A program made the translations under genes and the position numbers. This document shows positions 1-14,499 of a stretch of DNA of 64,000 bases, in pieces. The stretch is from positions 8,062,001 through 8,126,000 of the forward strand of contig NC_087249.1 of NCBI RefSeq assembly GCF_037042905.1, written 5' to 3'. The notes beneath the pieces were generated by a model. That model had not been told where the DNA came from. It saw only the letters and a program-made list of their open reading frames with translations, and did no database searches. Position 1 is the first letter of the stretch, and each line of letters opens with the position of its first letter. The DNA is from Lytechinus pictus. Its lineage: Eukaryota.

Positions 1-302
1 CCAAACGTGTTGGGGGTGTCTGACCATGCAAAAAATCTCAATCAGAGGGTCATTTTTACGTTTTTGTATTTTTGGAAAAAGTGGGGGGGGGGGGTGAAGC
101 CCATCCAGCTGAAGTGAAATCAGAGAAACTGCCCCTGATTTTACTGATAATTCTATATAACTATTTTTTCTCAATAATTTCTGTAGCACCCCGACAATAA
201 AAACATTCTCTATAATGCTGTACAATATATGAATGCAAGCAAAGAAAAGAAATAATACATACATGTATATAGATAGGAAAAGATTTCTATTTTTACCAGT
301 AC

Positions 303-356
303 CTGAGTTGAAAGTGCGGAAAGCACATGTAGGCTGTGTTGAGGGAGAGCCCAAGT
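303..356 (-). CDS. Candidate 54-nt frame-preserving exon
   Basis: ttacag|(D)LGSPSTQPTCAFRTFNS|GTACTG; phase 1-1. Confidence 0.35.
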
Positions 357-793
357 CTGTAATGTGGAGATGCGGCAACGGGGTCAGGTCAAACGTCAAA
401 TTGGCAACGATTGTTTGCAAAAACTGCATGCACACTATTTCTAATAAAGCTAGGGTACACTACGTGTAGTGTAAATTGCAGAAAAAGGATGCACTTCATA
501 ATAGACACCTTGTTTGTGTGTGCAAGAAATCTATGTCTACTTTGAAAGTTGCTGAAAGCAAGGCTACAGAATGCGAGGGAATAATATAATGTGTGTGACC
601 TGTGTGCATTGATGATGAAATATGATTAAAAGGTTTTGAAAATCTGACACTTACATGTATATCTGAAGAGATCTGAAGAGATTTTTTTTTTTTTTTTTTT
701 TTTTTTTGGGGGGGTGGAAATATTAGGCCCTTTGACGTGGCCATTTTCAGTCCTTCAATCCATGCAGCCCAACTCCAAACCAAATTTTGTATA

Positions 794-1777
794 CAGTGTG
801 TATCAAAAAAAAGTTTACACTTACAAAAAATCCTGTAAAATTATACATTTGTAATATCCTGAAGATTTTTCCACATTTTAACATTGGTACAGATCCATTT
901 AAGCAAATGACGATATAACTGTCGAAAAATATTTCCGCTTGAGTGAGCACCACTTACTTTTGAAAAGTTAGTGAAAAATGATTTGCGCAGAACTTTGAAA
1001 TAGTTATGTGAATAAAAGTAGACCTTAATCATGAAGAACACGTGGAATTTAGCTAGTAAAATTGATTTGAAGATATCTTTTACCTTTTTTAACTTGTTTC
1101 CTTGCCCAAAACACGTCAAAGAGTGCATTGCACCCCACACCACTCCCCAACACCAAGGCCATCGTGATGATATTTGCTTTACACTGAGCTGTGATTAACA
1201 TGAAATGGCCTAGGCTTGATTTTCATTATGTTACTCATTGTCAAGCTTGGAAAAAGTGTGGAGAAACAAGTATTGAATGAAAAATGAAATGTAAACCCAC
1301 TTTAAATGATAAAAACTTAGTGAAAATATGCTAGAGATGTCTGATATAAACTTTTGTTCAGATTTAGTTATGTCCTCAGATCCAGCTGGCACTAAAAGGT
1401 TAAATGTTGTGCTTACTAAGTGTTGAAATTTCAATTTGGGTGGCAAAATTGTTACAAAATGCTTGAATGTATCCGTTTTATTTCAATTGACTAAAAGTTC
1501 AAGAGAAATGTATGAGAAATGTTTCGCAGAGTAAGTTTGATTTCGTCCTTTCCCCTTGACACAGGGTGAAAACGAGCATTTCTGCGCAAACAGATTTCTG
1601 CGAGCTTTACAAAAATGGACAGTGCTCACTCAAGCGTAACATTCCGTCAAAACTTTTACTTTCATTGGATAGAAGAGACCCAAACCCAAGATTATATGTG
1701 AGAAAAATACCAACATGTTGTATATTTTTTAATTCCCAGGGCTTTTTCAAAGTGTAAACTTTTTTTGATACGTACTG
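794..1777. mobile_element. Tc1/mariner-like non-autonomous element
   Basis: ~28-bp imperfect TIRs CAGTGTGTATCAAAAAAAAGTTTACACTT / AAGTGTAAACTTTTTTTGATACGTACTG, TA on both sides (792-793, 1778-1779); no transposase. Confidence 0.85.
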
Positions 1778-4055
1778 TAGAACCAAGATTACCTTTTGCA
1801 ACTTACTTTTCACATTGCATGGAGTGGGGAATGGGGAGGGGATTGTACAGCATCCCCATCTGAATACATTTTTTTAAACAGGGGATGGGGGCATTAGGTT
1901 TCAAGTAAAAAGTGAACAATAGCAGGAAAACATCAAATTTATGGATTGACAAAGACTGAAATTCCTGTGTGTTATCAATGGCCCTATGAGTATCAGTCTA
2001 TACAATGAATAATTTCATCCTGCATCTTTATAATTTATCAATTCATCTACATGTACATGTATAAAAAAATAAATGGTGCTTTAAAATTCTGCCTCAAATC
2101 TTAGAACTATTTAATAAAAACTTGGTAGAATTTGAAAAGGAAGAGCAAAGTGCATTCAGGTAAACAAGTGTCTAGATCTATGTGTATGTGTCTATCTGTT
2201 GAATGCTGTGCAAAAGAACATCAGCCTTCATTTGAACTACTAGTACATGTATGTGTATATCATAAGCATGATTCCACATGACATGTTCTGCACAAGTACA
2301 TATTCTGCACATAATGTGGAAGATGAGGTTGGTGTTCTTTCAATTTTGAGTGCATGCAAGTAAGAATCATTACATTTTACTATGTTTAAATCAAGTCTAA
2401 ATCTCATTGAAATGACACATCCAAAAATCTATAATTTGTGCATGCAATAAAGCACATCATGTGAAACATTAAAAATAGATTCAGCTTTTAAAAAGTTATT
2501 TTCTAGAAGTACTAGTATACACATCCTCATCATATTTACAAGTATCATCTGTATACTTCCAAATCAAATTCAAATGACACACCAAAATGAAAATCTAAAA
2601 CCTGTGCATGCTACAAGAAGCACATCATGTGAAACATTATGGTATAAAGTTGAACTATGAAAAAGTTAAAGTGTATTCACAAAGTGCCTCAACAGTAATA
2701 AACAGCTGATCATGTAATTGTAAAATCAGAATCTTGCACGAAATGAAACATTTTTAAAATAAAAAGTTATCCATGCTACAAACAATTTAATTTTATGAAA
2801 CATACTATCATACATTAATACAGCAAGAGCATGATTTTTATGGAGAATTCAAATTGGCCACTGAAAAAAATATAAACGTTTCATACTTGTGAGAAATGGA
2901 ACAATGATTCTGATTTCACAATATAAAGTACACACCACATTGAACTATAAATCTAATGGTCATAAACTTTTCATAGCAATAACATTTAGAGAGAAAAAAA
3001 ACAGGAGCATATAGACAATATGGATAAGGGGTGTTTCATAAAGAGTTCAGCTTGGCCAAGGATTTGAGAGTCCTTAGTTGACTGTAGAGTCAAACTTTAA
3101 TTCATAGACTGTAGTTGTGAACAATAACCAAATTGGTAGGGGCATGAAATATGTGTATTATTTGGCAGTTACACAAGTCCAAGTCAATCCTTTGTGAAAC
3201 ACTCCTCGATTAATCCTACACGTAAACTGAATGATTATTTTATATTTACTTTCCTTATGAGTTTTGAATGATAATTTCATCTTGTTATTTTAGAGATAAG
3301 AAATACACTATGTTGAAAGAATGGCACTGAATTTTTCAAAGGTTAAGAGGAAGTAACATTGTATGGAAAATTTAAGGAATCAAATTAAATGAACATTTTT
3401 TTTTTGAAAATATACTGCTTGTAATTTCCACATCAGTTGTAATATACAAAACTGCTTGGTGGTGCTAAATATGGAGATAGCAAGCAAGATAAGTGAATGA
3501 AGCTTGGAATTATATAAAAATTTGTAAAGTGATAGTTTTAGATAAGATTTCTATATAATATTCATTTTCATCCTGTTTAATATTTCATTTTAATTTAATT
3601 TCATTTCATTTTAATATTTCATATATATTTCATTGTGCAAAAAAAATTAAAACATTATTTCCATAAAGGCATTATTCTTTTTGTCCAACAGACTATCTAG
3701 ACATAACATTTTTCTCCAACAAGATCTTCATTTCATTCTCTGAGATTTGATAGTGACTGAAAATCTTGCTCATATTAGTCTGCACAGATATTTTGTTTCT
3801 TTAACATGACTCCTATTAAAGAGATACAAATTACATGTTTTAGCTGCAAGTCCAAGCAAGATATTACATGTAGATTATTCTTAGAAATTACCAGAAGTCA
3901 GTGCTATAGCCGCAAGGCCATGAAATATATGAAACATCAAATGAGGTGATATTTCATAGATTATTTATCTACAATACTTTCGTTCTAGTCAATAATACTT
4001 TACCAAGATTCTTTCCCAAAAGATAGAGACCATGCAATCTGGCTATACATGTATA

Positions 4056-4521
4056 CCGTGAGTTAAAAAAAAACTTGTCACCTAAAAAATCCCCAAATTT
4101 AAGGAGAAAATATTTCATTAACACATAATTATTATAGATGGCCTAAAAGAGTATCTTCTCCTAAATAATTTGATACTATATTTACATGGTATGTGTTAAC
4201 GCTTGGATAATCAGGAGGTATCTATTTTTACTGTAATGTAAAGTTTGATTTGCTCCAAAGTAAGGCATGGCTGCAATGAATGGATCCAGATGCCAACGAT
4301 GTCATAATCCTACATGAGTATAGATTTGCAAACCCCTTTTTATGAAATTAATTCACTAATCATCCAAGAATGAAGACTTACCACATAAGTATAGTATCAA
4401 ACTATTTGGGAGAAGATACTCTTTCAGGCCATATATAATAATCATGTGTTTATGAAATATTTTTCTTTAAATTGGGTATTTGTGAGGTGTCAAGTTTTTT
4501 TGTTCTTTTTTACTCACAAGG
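4056..4521. mobile_element. Fold-back MITE flanked by TA (Tc1/mariner-like)
   Basis: Long imperfect inverted arms (e.g. AAGAGTATCTTCTCC..TTTGATACTATA vs TATAGTATCAAA..GGAGAAGATACTCTT); TA at both ends. Confidence 0.7.
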
Positions 4522-5004
4522 TAGAGAGTGGAAATCACACTCAGAGCCTTTTTCTTTCTAATCCTCCCATTCCTAGACAAACTGGGGGATCAGACAAGCC
4601 TATGTGGACATCTCCACATGGCATAGCAGCTACATGTATTAGGACAATAGACCTGACTTTTGATACACTACTGTACGATTACTAAAACTGTTTAAAATTT
4701 GTTTATCATTAATTTTGACCCATGTTATATCGATATTTCATTTTTTCATGGAATGAAAACTGAATTTAAGCTATTCATTGCACACTCCTAATTGGCAATA
4801 TGATGGAAACAACAAAGTCACTCTTTAAAAATGCAAATTGGCAACTTTCATTAGGATTTTGCTTTTATTATTCAATCTGACTCATGGTACATCAATATTT
4901 AATTTTTTCAAAGTATGAAGATGAATAGAAAATTATTGTTGCCAATTTGATCTGTGCACCTTTCTATGGGTTGAAAGGGTCTTACTTGGACTTGCCAATA
5001 TACA

Positions 5005-5987
5005 AACAAGTGGAATGCCTCTGGCCGTCTCACCTGCATCACGCGATTCAATATAGCAGCAGTGCTGATTTTGAAAACTACTATAACTCGCACAAGATGT
5101 TCAGTGATACTTGGTTAAGTTTATTTCCACGTTTTATGAACTAGACCAATACACTTATAGAGATATGATGGCAATTCAACAAATACCCCCAACGTGGCCA
5201 AAGTTCTTTGACCTTACATGACCTTTGACCTTGATCATGTGACCTGAAACTCGCACAGGATGTTCAGTGATACTTGATTACTATTATGTTTAAGTTTTAT
5301 GAACTAGACCAACACACTTTCAAATTTATGGCTGTAATTCAACAAATACCCCAATTTGGCCAAAGTTCATTGACCCTAAATGACCTTTGACCTTGATCAT
5401 GTGACCTGAAACTTGCACAGGATGTTCAGTAATACTTGATTACTATTATGTCCAATTTTCATGAATCAGATCCATAAACTTTCAAAGTTATGATGGTAAT
5501 TCAACAGATACCCCCAATTCGGCCAAAGTTCATTGACCCTAAATGACCTTTGACCTTGGTCATGTGACGTGAAACTCATGCAGGATGTTCAGTGATACTT
5601 GATTAACCTTATGTATAAGTTTCATGAACTAGGTCCATATATTTTCTAAGTTATGATGACATTTCAAAAACTTAACCTTAGGTTAAGATTTTGATGTTGA
5701 TTCCCCCAACATGGTCTAAGTTCATTGACCCTAAATGACCTTTGACCTTGGTCATGTGACATGAAACTCAGGCAGGATGTTCAGTAATACTTGATTAACC
5801 TTATGGCCAAGTTTCATGAACTAGGTCCATATACTTTCTAAGTTATGCTGTCATTTCAAAAACTTAACCTCAGGTTAAGATTTGGTGTTGACGCCGCCGT
5901 CGCCGTCGCCGCCGCCGCCGCCGTCGCCGTCGCCGTCGGAAAAGCGGCGCCTATAGTCTCACTCTGCTATGCAGGTGAGACAAAAAA
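5005..5987 (-). mobile_element. Helentron-associated non-autonomous element (HINE/DINE-1-like), family A
   Basis: Asymmetric subterminal IRs GTCTCACCTGCAT/ATGCAGGTGAGAC, 5' partial IR (GTGAGAC), (GGC/GAC)n microsatellite, ~5 internal 162-192 bp tandem units, ends in T runs; near-identical to 61739 and 62875 copies. Confidence 0.85.
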
Positions 5988-6055
5988 CACATGACATGAT
6001 TATTTGTTACATTTACACATCGTGCTACAATGTATGCAGAATATAAATACTCTAC

Positions 6056-6085
6056 CTGATGGTTCATGTTCGTCTGGACTCTCGT
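6056..6085 (-). CDS. Candidate 30-nt frame-preserving micro-exon
   Basis: ttgcttcag|(D)ESPDEHEPS|GTAGAG; phase 1-1 matches the donor at 9524. Confidence 0.4.
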
Positions 6086-7224
6086 CTGAAGCAATTACCA
6101 AATGAAAGCAACAACAAAAGAAAGGGATGTGCAACAAACAAACACAAAATGAAAGTGTGAGCAAATAGTTTTTAACAAGGGTACCCAAAACCAAGATCGG
6201 AGACACCCCTAGTGGTGTGAGCCATAGGAAAAAAACCCAAGAGCTAGGAATTCCTTAAAGAGTACCTCATTAATATTCCCAAGGCTTCCCCAAAGAAATT
6301 AAAAATTATTGCATAAAACAGATACCTCAATATATCCAGCTACATTGAAACAAATTTTTTTGTAGCCAAAACATCAACATTTTATATCTCAGAAATATTA
6401 GTGTCCCTGCAAATAAAGCTTCAAAGTCATCATTTGTAATAGGGAAGAACTAAGTATTTGTTCTGACACAAAGAAATGCTGTTCACATAGTAGGCAATTA
6501 CCATTGAAATTTGCAGTGCTACATGTATGTTCAAATTATAAATAGTTCACATTTCTCGTTTTCTCTTTATTATATTTGGTACAATTGTGTGAATTTTTGC
6601 AATAAAGTGACCAATGGAAATATTAATGTGTGGGTATCGATGACTAAATTATATTAAAAATCTGTTAAAATCTGTTTCAAACTGTCTTTAATGACAAAAA
6701 TATTGATGGTATAATCTTTATGAAAAATTCAATAAGCACTCATCTATCGGTCAATCAGAATAAAGAAAACTGCCAATACATATAGTAGGTAAATAAAAAA
6801 ATGCAGATGGCTGTAAAATACTTAAAATATTTTTAAAAACGACCATGTTACACAAGTAACACTGCATATGAACATACCTTCTGTGTATCATACAATTAAT
6901 CAAATTCGAAGTTTTGAAGCCGAATAGTCACATTAACAAAATGCATGTTTTATGTACATTGTACATTCCAAGGTAATGCCGATACTCATAGATTAATAAG
7001 AATTTTGACAATGACACAAAACGCAGCAAACTTGTTCAAATCCCAACATTAACCCCACTTTAATATGTCACAGACAACTTACAGCGATCTCTAATTTGAA
7101 GCAAGTCCATAACTGGAACAAGTACACGTAAACTCTCTATAATTAAATAGAACAAGTAGGCTTTTCATATAAATCATGTAAGGATCCTATGAATGAGATG
7201 TTTATAAAGCAATCTGATTTAATA

Positions 7225-7506
7225 AAAATATTGTAGGATTTGTTTAGCACATGTATCCACCTTTTCAGGTGCTCAAAGCGCTCATATGTTACCCCAGCTA
7301 AGCTACAGGTAGTCTAGGGACTCCGTTCCTCACAGCTTTTTGAGGAATGACTTCCTGCCGGTAACCATTTACCTCACCTGGGTTGAGTGCAGCAAAATGT
7401 GGGTAAATTTCTTGCTGAAGGAAAATACGCCATGGCTGGGAATCGAACCCACATCCCTGAGATTGAAAGATGAGAGTTATAACCACTAGACCGCGACGCC
7501 CCCACA
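7225..7506 (-). mobile_element. tRNA-derived SINE
   Basis: A box GGTCTAGTGG, B box GGTTCGATTCC, core TGCTGCACTCAACCCAGGTG; related copies at 35601 and 50622. Confidence 0.8.
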
Positions 7507-9523
7507 TTTATGGGGGGGGGGAACTGTGTGAAATGACATATACCTACACAATTATCTTTAAATAGTTCATGTTAGTAACCTATGCACACTTCAATCATAA
7601 TCTTTCAGTATGGCTTTGCGCATGTTCTATATTTACATGTAATTGTACAAACTATCATTCAATCTAAAGCAAATGCATTCATCCATTTACTGTACTACAC
7701 TATTTTGTGGCAAAACGTTGTGGCAAAATCAATTAGATGTAGACTCTACTTCCTAATTAAAGCAAGCTACTGCTATGCATTTTTTTACAAATCAAAGCAA
7801 ACTGCATCCTAAATTATATACTACTTGAAAAGACAATACTACTAAGAAAGGAAATACACTGTATATGAGATCAGAAATTGAGAGAAAGCTAATTTCTTTT
7901 CTCTAAATTTAACCTTTTTAGTTCAAACAGGCTGTAAATATGCTCCTTTTTCCAATTGTAGTTCACAAAAAGAGAGAGCTTTAGGAAAAAAATCGGTTAG
8001 AATTTCATCACTTGACCCTCGGGAAGGATTATGTTAAAAATGTTATGGATTATTACTTTGGATTTTAATGGCTAGCGTAAGTTTGACAGGAGCTTAGAGC
8101 AACCAAAGGCATTTATTTGCTTCTATATTAGTTGAAAGTTTTATTTTGAAAGGATAGGAAATCAATCATTTCAAAAGAACATTGACCTTAATGTAAGCTG
8201 GTGTACTTACTTATGGAATAGTATGTGTGCTCTTTATGAATAAAAAAAAATTCAAACAAATCAGTAATCTTATCATACATGTAATGATATGTACTTAAGA
8301 TTATTCTGTGCTTTCATAACGCAAGCAAAGTTAGCAAAATCATATTCAAGTACTGGCATAAGGCAAAGCTACAGTAAGTGTGTGCAAAAATGGTTCATAC
8401 AGTATGTTCTCCATTATTCTTAATAACCATTTTCATGTTTTGTTTTTTGCTTAAGCCTTTTTACAGCATATGATTTTGAAATATAATTACAATGTACCCC
8501 CAAACTAGCCCATTCATCATAGCGTGCATTTATTGTGGCTAGTGACTGGTTAAAATTGAATTTAGATTTAAACCTAAAAGATTGAAGCAAAAAGCTTAAA
8601 GATCTTATTTAAAATCATTTGAGATTTGAAAATAAATCTTTAGGATTAAAATCAAATAAAATCCAATAGGTCACTACCCATAACCAGCCTGGATTCAATT
8701 CAAATCCCTTTTCTTTCAAATGTAGCAAATTTTACAAGAAGGCTTTACATTCTGTAGAGAATTTGTACGACAGATATATTGCATACTACTACATGTACAT
8801 AATATTCTGTGGCATACAAGTGATTATGACTCTATATAAACAATTAATTTTTGTTGACAAATTTGCTTACCTTTATTACATCCTAGTGAAAAGTGTAGGT
8901 CATAAAAATACATTCAAAAGTAAAAATGCATTCTTTTTTAACCAAATAAATATTTTGCTTAACAATCAAGATTTTGCCATATTTAATTAATCATTCAAAA
9001 TCTATATGAACACCCCTATGTGCATTAACATCCCATCATGTGAGTAAGATATAGACATTTGTATGTAGTGATTAAATATGTGTGTGTGATATTTCAGCAT
9101 TCCAATGTAAGTGCTTCGGGTATGTGTTGCCAAGTGCAACAGAAATCCATTTTGGGAGGTGAAATACATGCATGTGTGCACATGTCCTTTAAGTGAGTAA
9201 AAGAAAAAAAAACCCAAATAAATAAACACCCTTATATACTGAATGAGTGGATCAAATGTTAGGACCATGTCTTATGAAACATTATGATTGTCAAGGAGTC
9301 CTCACTGAGTCCAAATTACATCAAGTAGGCCTATTTATCACTCTCGACACTCAGATGCAGGTCAGTGATTGTTATGAACTATGGATCAACTGCAATCAAT
9401 CACTACTTTCAATAAGACAGGGCCCAGCTTATTGAAAAAGGAAGTGCTAGATGATTGCTCCATTAAAAAAAAGTGAATAAAGTGCTTATACTACACGTAT
9501 ATAACCATGAATCCCATAATTAC

Positions 9524-9832
9524 CTGGGATGTACGATGAGGGCTTGACCTGACGGGACTGGACCGACCCCGCGCTCTGGATCTGCCGAGTGGCTCCGTGG
9601 GTGTGAGGGGGGTGCGAGTGAGAGTGGGATCCTGGATGAGTGTACACAGAGGGCATCTCTTCCCTGGGCGGGGTGGGCTTCTGGTAGTTGTTGGGGTCTA
9701 GGTCCGTCAGCTGGGTGGCGAAGGCCGTGGCAGGGTGGTGAACCTGCCTGTGTCTGGGGGTGCGGGATTCTGTGTGACCTGGTGGGTGAGGAGTGGGGGG
9801 GGGGTGATGAGGATTGTGGTCATACAAACATG
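9524..9832 (-). CDS. Pro/His/Ser-rich exon of unidentified minus-strand gene
   Basis: Two in-frame phase-1 acceptors (9832 or 9778); ...TQLTDLDPNNYQKPTPPREEMPSVYTHPG...SSYIP; ends at donor CAG|GTAATT (9524) or reads on to stop at 9486-9488. Confidence 0.7.
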
Positions 9833-11290
9833 CTGTTTAATATATCACATAGACGACACAAAAACCGGAAAATCAAAGTTTCTAAAATGAGGATCTTGGG
9901 CCCATTGCAGGGAAAAAATAACATTGTGGATCGGGACAATTTTGTCCCCCAAATGCTCTGAATAAGCCTGGAAAATAAAAAAAAAAGCCAGAAAAATCCC
10001 CATTCACTTAATAGAGCTAATGCAGTGTAGCAGGTTGTAAAAAGTAGCCCCCAAAAATGATAAATAAATTTTATGCCTAGTCCATTGCATTGCAAAAAGT
10101 ATTTAATAACCGTTATAACCCCCTCCTCATAGCAACTTTGCGTATTAAATTTGACAATTGAAATTGTGCCAATCATGGATTACATTGATAACAATCTAAC
10201 GATAAATGATTTTTTTTTATATAAGGTCTTTAATGTCCTTGGTCCAAGCTTATTCATTCTTTTATGTTCAAACCTGATAATTGTTTCATAAAGCTGTTCA
10301 CACATTACAACTTACTTATTACCAATGAATATAAAAGTTCAAAGGCCTTTAGAGTTTAAAATCAAAACCACAATTTTCACCAGGGTAAAATTTCAAAGAG
10401 GAAATGAAGATGAAATTTTAGGATGTCAAATTACATTTTACATCACTTTTGATTTATTCACGAGCCTAAATTCCTTCACACAAAGTCTGAGTGTCTTTCA
10501 AGCAGCCTTCTAATAGACAAGATATGTGCTTTGCATATTTATGTAGTCTACCCCCACTCACCTTCTCCCACTCTCTTGCAGAGAAAATGTTTTGAAGATT
10601 TATTGAGCTAGACATGCAATTTCTATAAATACTACAAATTCCAATGATTTATGGCGCTAACAACATATACAAAGTGACCGTACAGGTGTATATATACTTG
10701 TACACATAAAAGCTCATTTTATTTAAAACAAAAACACAAATGGTATTACCCCAATCCCCCCCCCAAAAAAAAAAAAAAAATCATAATGATGTGTCAAATA
10801 ATACAAGGAAATGGATGTACATTTGTAAGACTGGAAAATTTCCAATTTCATGTCAAATGCATATATATCTAAGCAAACCAGTGGAAAAATATTTCTGAAT
10901 AGGAGCTATTACCTTTTGTACATGTACATGTATGTTAATACAGAATTACGATTAACTAAAATACAGAAACAATTTATAGGGACTCTCTGGCAACTTACAT
11001 TTACAATGCCTATTTTTTGTTATTCTTTTTCATTTTGTGGGTGAATCTCCTTTGCCCCCTTGTTTTGGTTTGTGAGAGAAAGCAATGAAGAATTAGATTT
11101 CCAAGTTGGCAACAAAGCTTTGAAGTTCTGATCTGCTTCATAAACACATTTTAAAGTAGATATATTTTAGAAAAATTACGTCAAATTAACAGTAAATTAT
11201 GTAATTGTGTGTAAACCAATCTTTTTTTTCAATAATATTGTTGCCAATTTGTAAATGTGTAGATATGATTTCTGTGTTACTATGACAAAC

Positions 11291-11456
11291 CTCCATAGGA
11301 AGCTGACAGTGAATGGTCTTGCTGCTGAGGTTCAGCAGATACAGGCTGGCTGAATCGTCTGCTGCTATGTAAGGCATGCTGACTGGCTGGATAGTCCTGC
11401 TGGAAAGCCGACCGGTAGCCCTGGCCTTGGTCTCGACCCATCCGGAATTCCGAGTT
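11291..11456 (-). CDS. Exon of unidentified minus-strand gene
   Basis: ttttcttattctcatag|NSEFRMGRDQGQGYRSAFQQDYPASQH...SASYG|GTTTGT; 166 nt, phase 0 to 1; GC-rich island in AT-rich intron. Confidence 0.7.
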
Positions 11457-12171
11457 CTATGAGAATAAGAAAACAACCTCTAGAATTAGGTGTTGATAAG
11501 AGTGCTGCATACATGCACATGTATGTTCCGTCAAGATCTCATATCAGTGCATAAGTGTCATTTATCTTTGCAACACTTCTCTTTCTTAGAATTTCCACTT
11601 TACCGGCACTGAATTGAATTTGAAAGGGGGAGGGGTAATATGATAATCATTTCGATTAATGGTCACTATCATACAATATCAAACAGATTGTTTTTTATCT
11701 AGATTCTCTAGTACCAATAGGGAAAACTAGTCATTATAATATCATTTCAAATAAGTGGTATAGACCTTCACTTAATCTGATTTATACTAATAGCATTAAG
11801 TAATCCTGGATCTGGGTGAAAAGAAAGAGAAACACAGAAATAATATGAAACCAAAAAAAAATATTTAAAAAATGCAAACATAACACAAGACTTTATTCAA
11901 TGACAATTTCATGATTCAAATCATATTGACATAGTATGAAATTAGACATTATTGATCTATGGACTTCAGTGTATGGGTGCATACACACATGTACATGAAT
12001 GTGCTGCTATCAAACACAGACAGCACATTTGCCAAAATTAATGTAGCGTATTAAAAGAAATGAACATATATCAATGGCAGATAAAGAACTATCAGGGGCC
12101 GTAACACAAAGCTTAGCAATGATCGTAGAACATTTTTCTACGATTGACTGCATTGACTACAATGCACAATC

Positions 12172-14292
12172 CAGGGTTGTAATAAAAAACGTTTTTTATT
12201 AAAAAAAAACAAATAAAACGCTTTTTAATGTTTTAAAACGTTTTAAATCGTTTTAAAACGTTTTTTTCCCAACGAACGATGTAATTTTCTGTAAATCAAT
12301 TAAATTGTACATTTAATACAGTATGATTTAAGCTCTTGATGTTTTAAATACATTTTTGGAGTATTAGTAAGAGATGACTACAATTTTTTTTACTGAATTT
12401 CCAACAGAAAAGAATTTTCCCCCAAATAACAAAATCAAGGAAATTGAATGCCGAAAAAGTAAGTTGACATTTCATAAGTTTATTCCTCATACATATGATG
12501 TAGTCTCAGGGTTTTTTTAGTCTTGTCAATCTAGGGGGTGAGAAGAATTTGCACAATGTAAGAAAATGACATAATCTATAGACTATAGGCTTTCAATGCT
12601 TAATTTCATTTACTCAATATGCTTTATTTCATTTGAATCAATTATACAAATTTTAAGTAATAATAATGATAAAAGTCCGCTTTTATATCGCGCTTAATAC
12701 ATTGGAACGACATGTCTAAGCGCTTTAAAGATTTATTATTACCACAATCATCGGATTCAATCAGTCATTCCCGCACACAATGTATGCACATCCTCCACTC
12801 CCTGGGTAGTATTCAAGTCAGTCGCCAGTGAGGCGCACACAGTACTGGACAAGCTACAATGACTTTTACATTCTACCGGGTACCCATAAGTGCATGAAAT
12901 ACAAAATTGGGTTTAAATCTATAAATATTAGGCCCTTGAACTGCTTATTTCTTTAATTGAGGAATTCTGATCAAATTGTTTTTTTAATGTTTGTTTTAAC
13001 TGTTTTTTTTACATATTTCTTATCTACAGTTTTGCGGTTACTTTTGTGTTTTTTTAATCGGTTTTTTAATGGAAATTATTGGCAATAATTTTCCAATCAT
13101 TAACAAAAAGTACAAATATTGATACAGATAAAAATGTTGGCGAAAAATTTGCATTGGCTTTATACATGAAATCACGATATTGAGCAATTCTGGTCTGTCA
13201 TATGCACTTGTAATATCATTGAGCTGTTAATGTGTTGATAGCTCCATGGTAATATCATAACCACATATCCATGCATGTATCAAAAAAATAGTCTTGAACA
13301 ATATGGCATGGCCCTGTTGTGCTTATGGATTTATCATAGAAATTTTTAAGGGGGCCATTACGGTCCCCTGGGAGTGTTAGGGTTAAAGGTCAAGTCCACC
13401 CCAGAAAAATGTTTGATTTGAATCAGTAGAAAAAATTCAAACAAGCATAATGCTGAAAATTTCATCAAAATCGGATGTAAAATAAGAAAGTTATAACATT
13501 TTAAAATTTCGCTTATTTTCACAAAACATTTATTACAACTCAGTGATGTGCAAATGAGAGAGTTGATAATGCCCCTCACTATTTTTTTCTTTAATTGTTT
13601 GAACAATACAATATTTCAATTTTTACAGATTTGATAATAATGACCAACTTGACTGAACCAAAAAATGTTAAAACAATGGTAGTTCCACACATGTTCAGGG
13701 AGGAAAAAAAGGTTTGCTAGCTGATTATCTTATACTGAATTAAATTACTTTTCTTCATCTTTACGAAGCGCAAAGTTTCACCTAATTTCGTGTGTACCTC
13801 AAGGTTACAATGTCAGTTATACAGGTCTATTTGCAAAATATTATTATGTTTGTGCAACACTTCCATTTCATTCAAGTACTACTATTACATATTTGAGCTC
13901 ATTTTAAATAGTGTTTCTTTCCCTGTCTAAAAGTGAGCACAACACTCAGATGTTTGTTAAAATGAGAATATTCTTAAATATGGATTGATGTGCACAATTG
14001 AACAGGAGGAAAGGAACATGACAAAGCAATGGAGAAAGGGAGAATAAGGGGGGAAAGAGAGAGGAGAAAAAGAGTGGTGTTTAGAAAGAGATTAAGTTAG
14101 AAGAAAATAATAAACCAATTAAGAAATAAAAGTATAAAAAATAAATTCACGTAAAATCACATCCATGCATATTTATAACACACAAGTCTATGAGGTGTTT
14201 TAAAACGCGTTTTTTTTGTAAAAAAAACGGGTGTTTTAAAACGCGTTTTAAAACATGTTTTAAAACACACCGTTTAAAACGCGCCAACCCTG
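12172..14292. mobile_element. hAT-like non-autonomous element with 8-bp TSD
   Basis: Termini CAGGGTTG...CAACCCTG; TSD GCACAATC at 12164-12171 and 14293-14300; subterminal AAAACG repeats; interrupts a small MITE (~12095-14378). Confidence 0.85.
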
Positions 14293-14499
14293 GCACAATC
14301 AATCGTGAAAATCAAGCGTACAATCAATCGTGAAAATCAAGCGAACTATCAATTGCTAACCTTTGTGTTACGGGACCCAGATCTTAAAAGTGATATCTCT
14401 TACGCTATAGTGCATGAATTACTTTAAAAACAAGTGTATAATGATGAAGGCATGAGGTGTGATAAAAATTATCCATACACATGTACATGTTTTACTATG

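Noticed and set aside
2405..2640. Short direct repeats (also ~16825-17040 and ~18670-18910)
   Set aside because: Ordinary degenerate local duplications with no further structure visible
4908..5093. ORF MRVIVVFKISTAAILNRVMQVRRPEAFHL, recurring at 62615
   Set aside because: Chance frame across the HINE terminus; the identity reflects element copies, and there are no Rep/helicase motifs
7430..7506. tRNA gene (also ~35601 and ~52690)
   Set aside because: A/B boxes are present, but at 7430 and 35601 they run into a shared SINE body; I could not fold a proper cloverleaf for any of them
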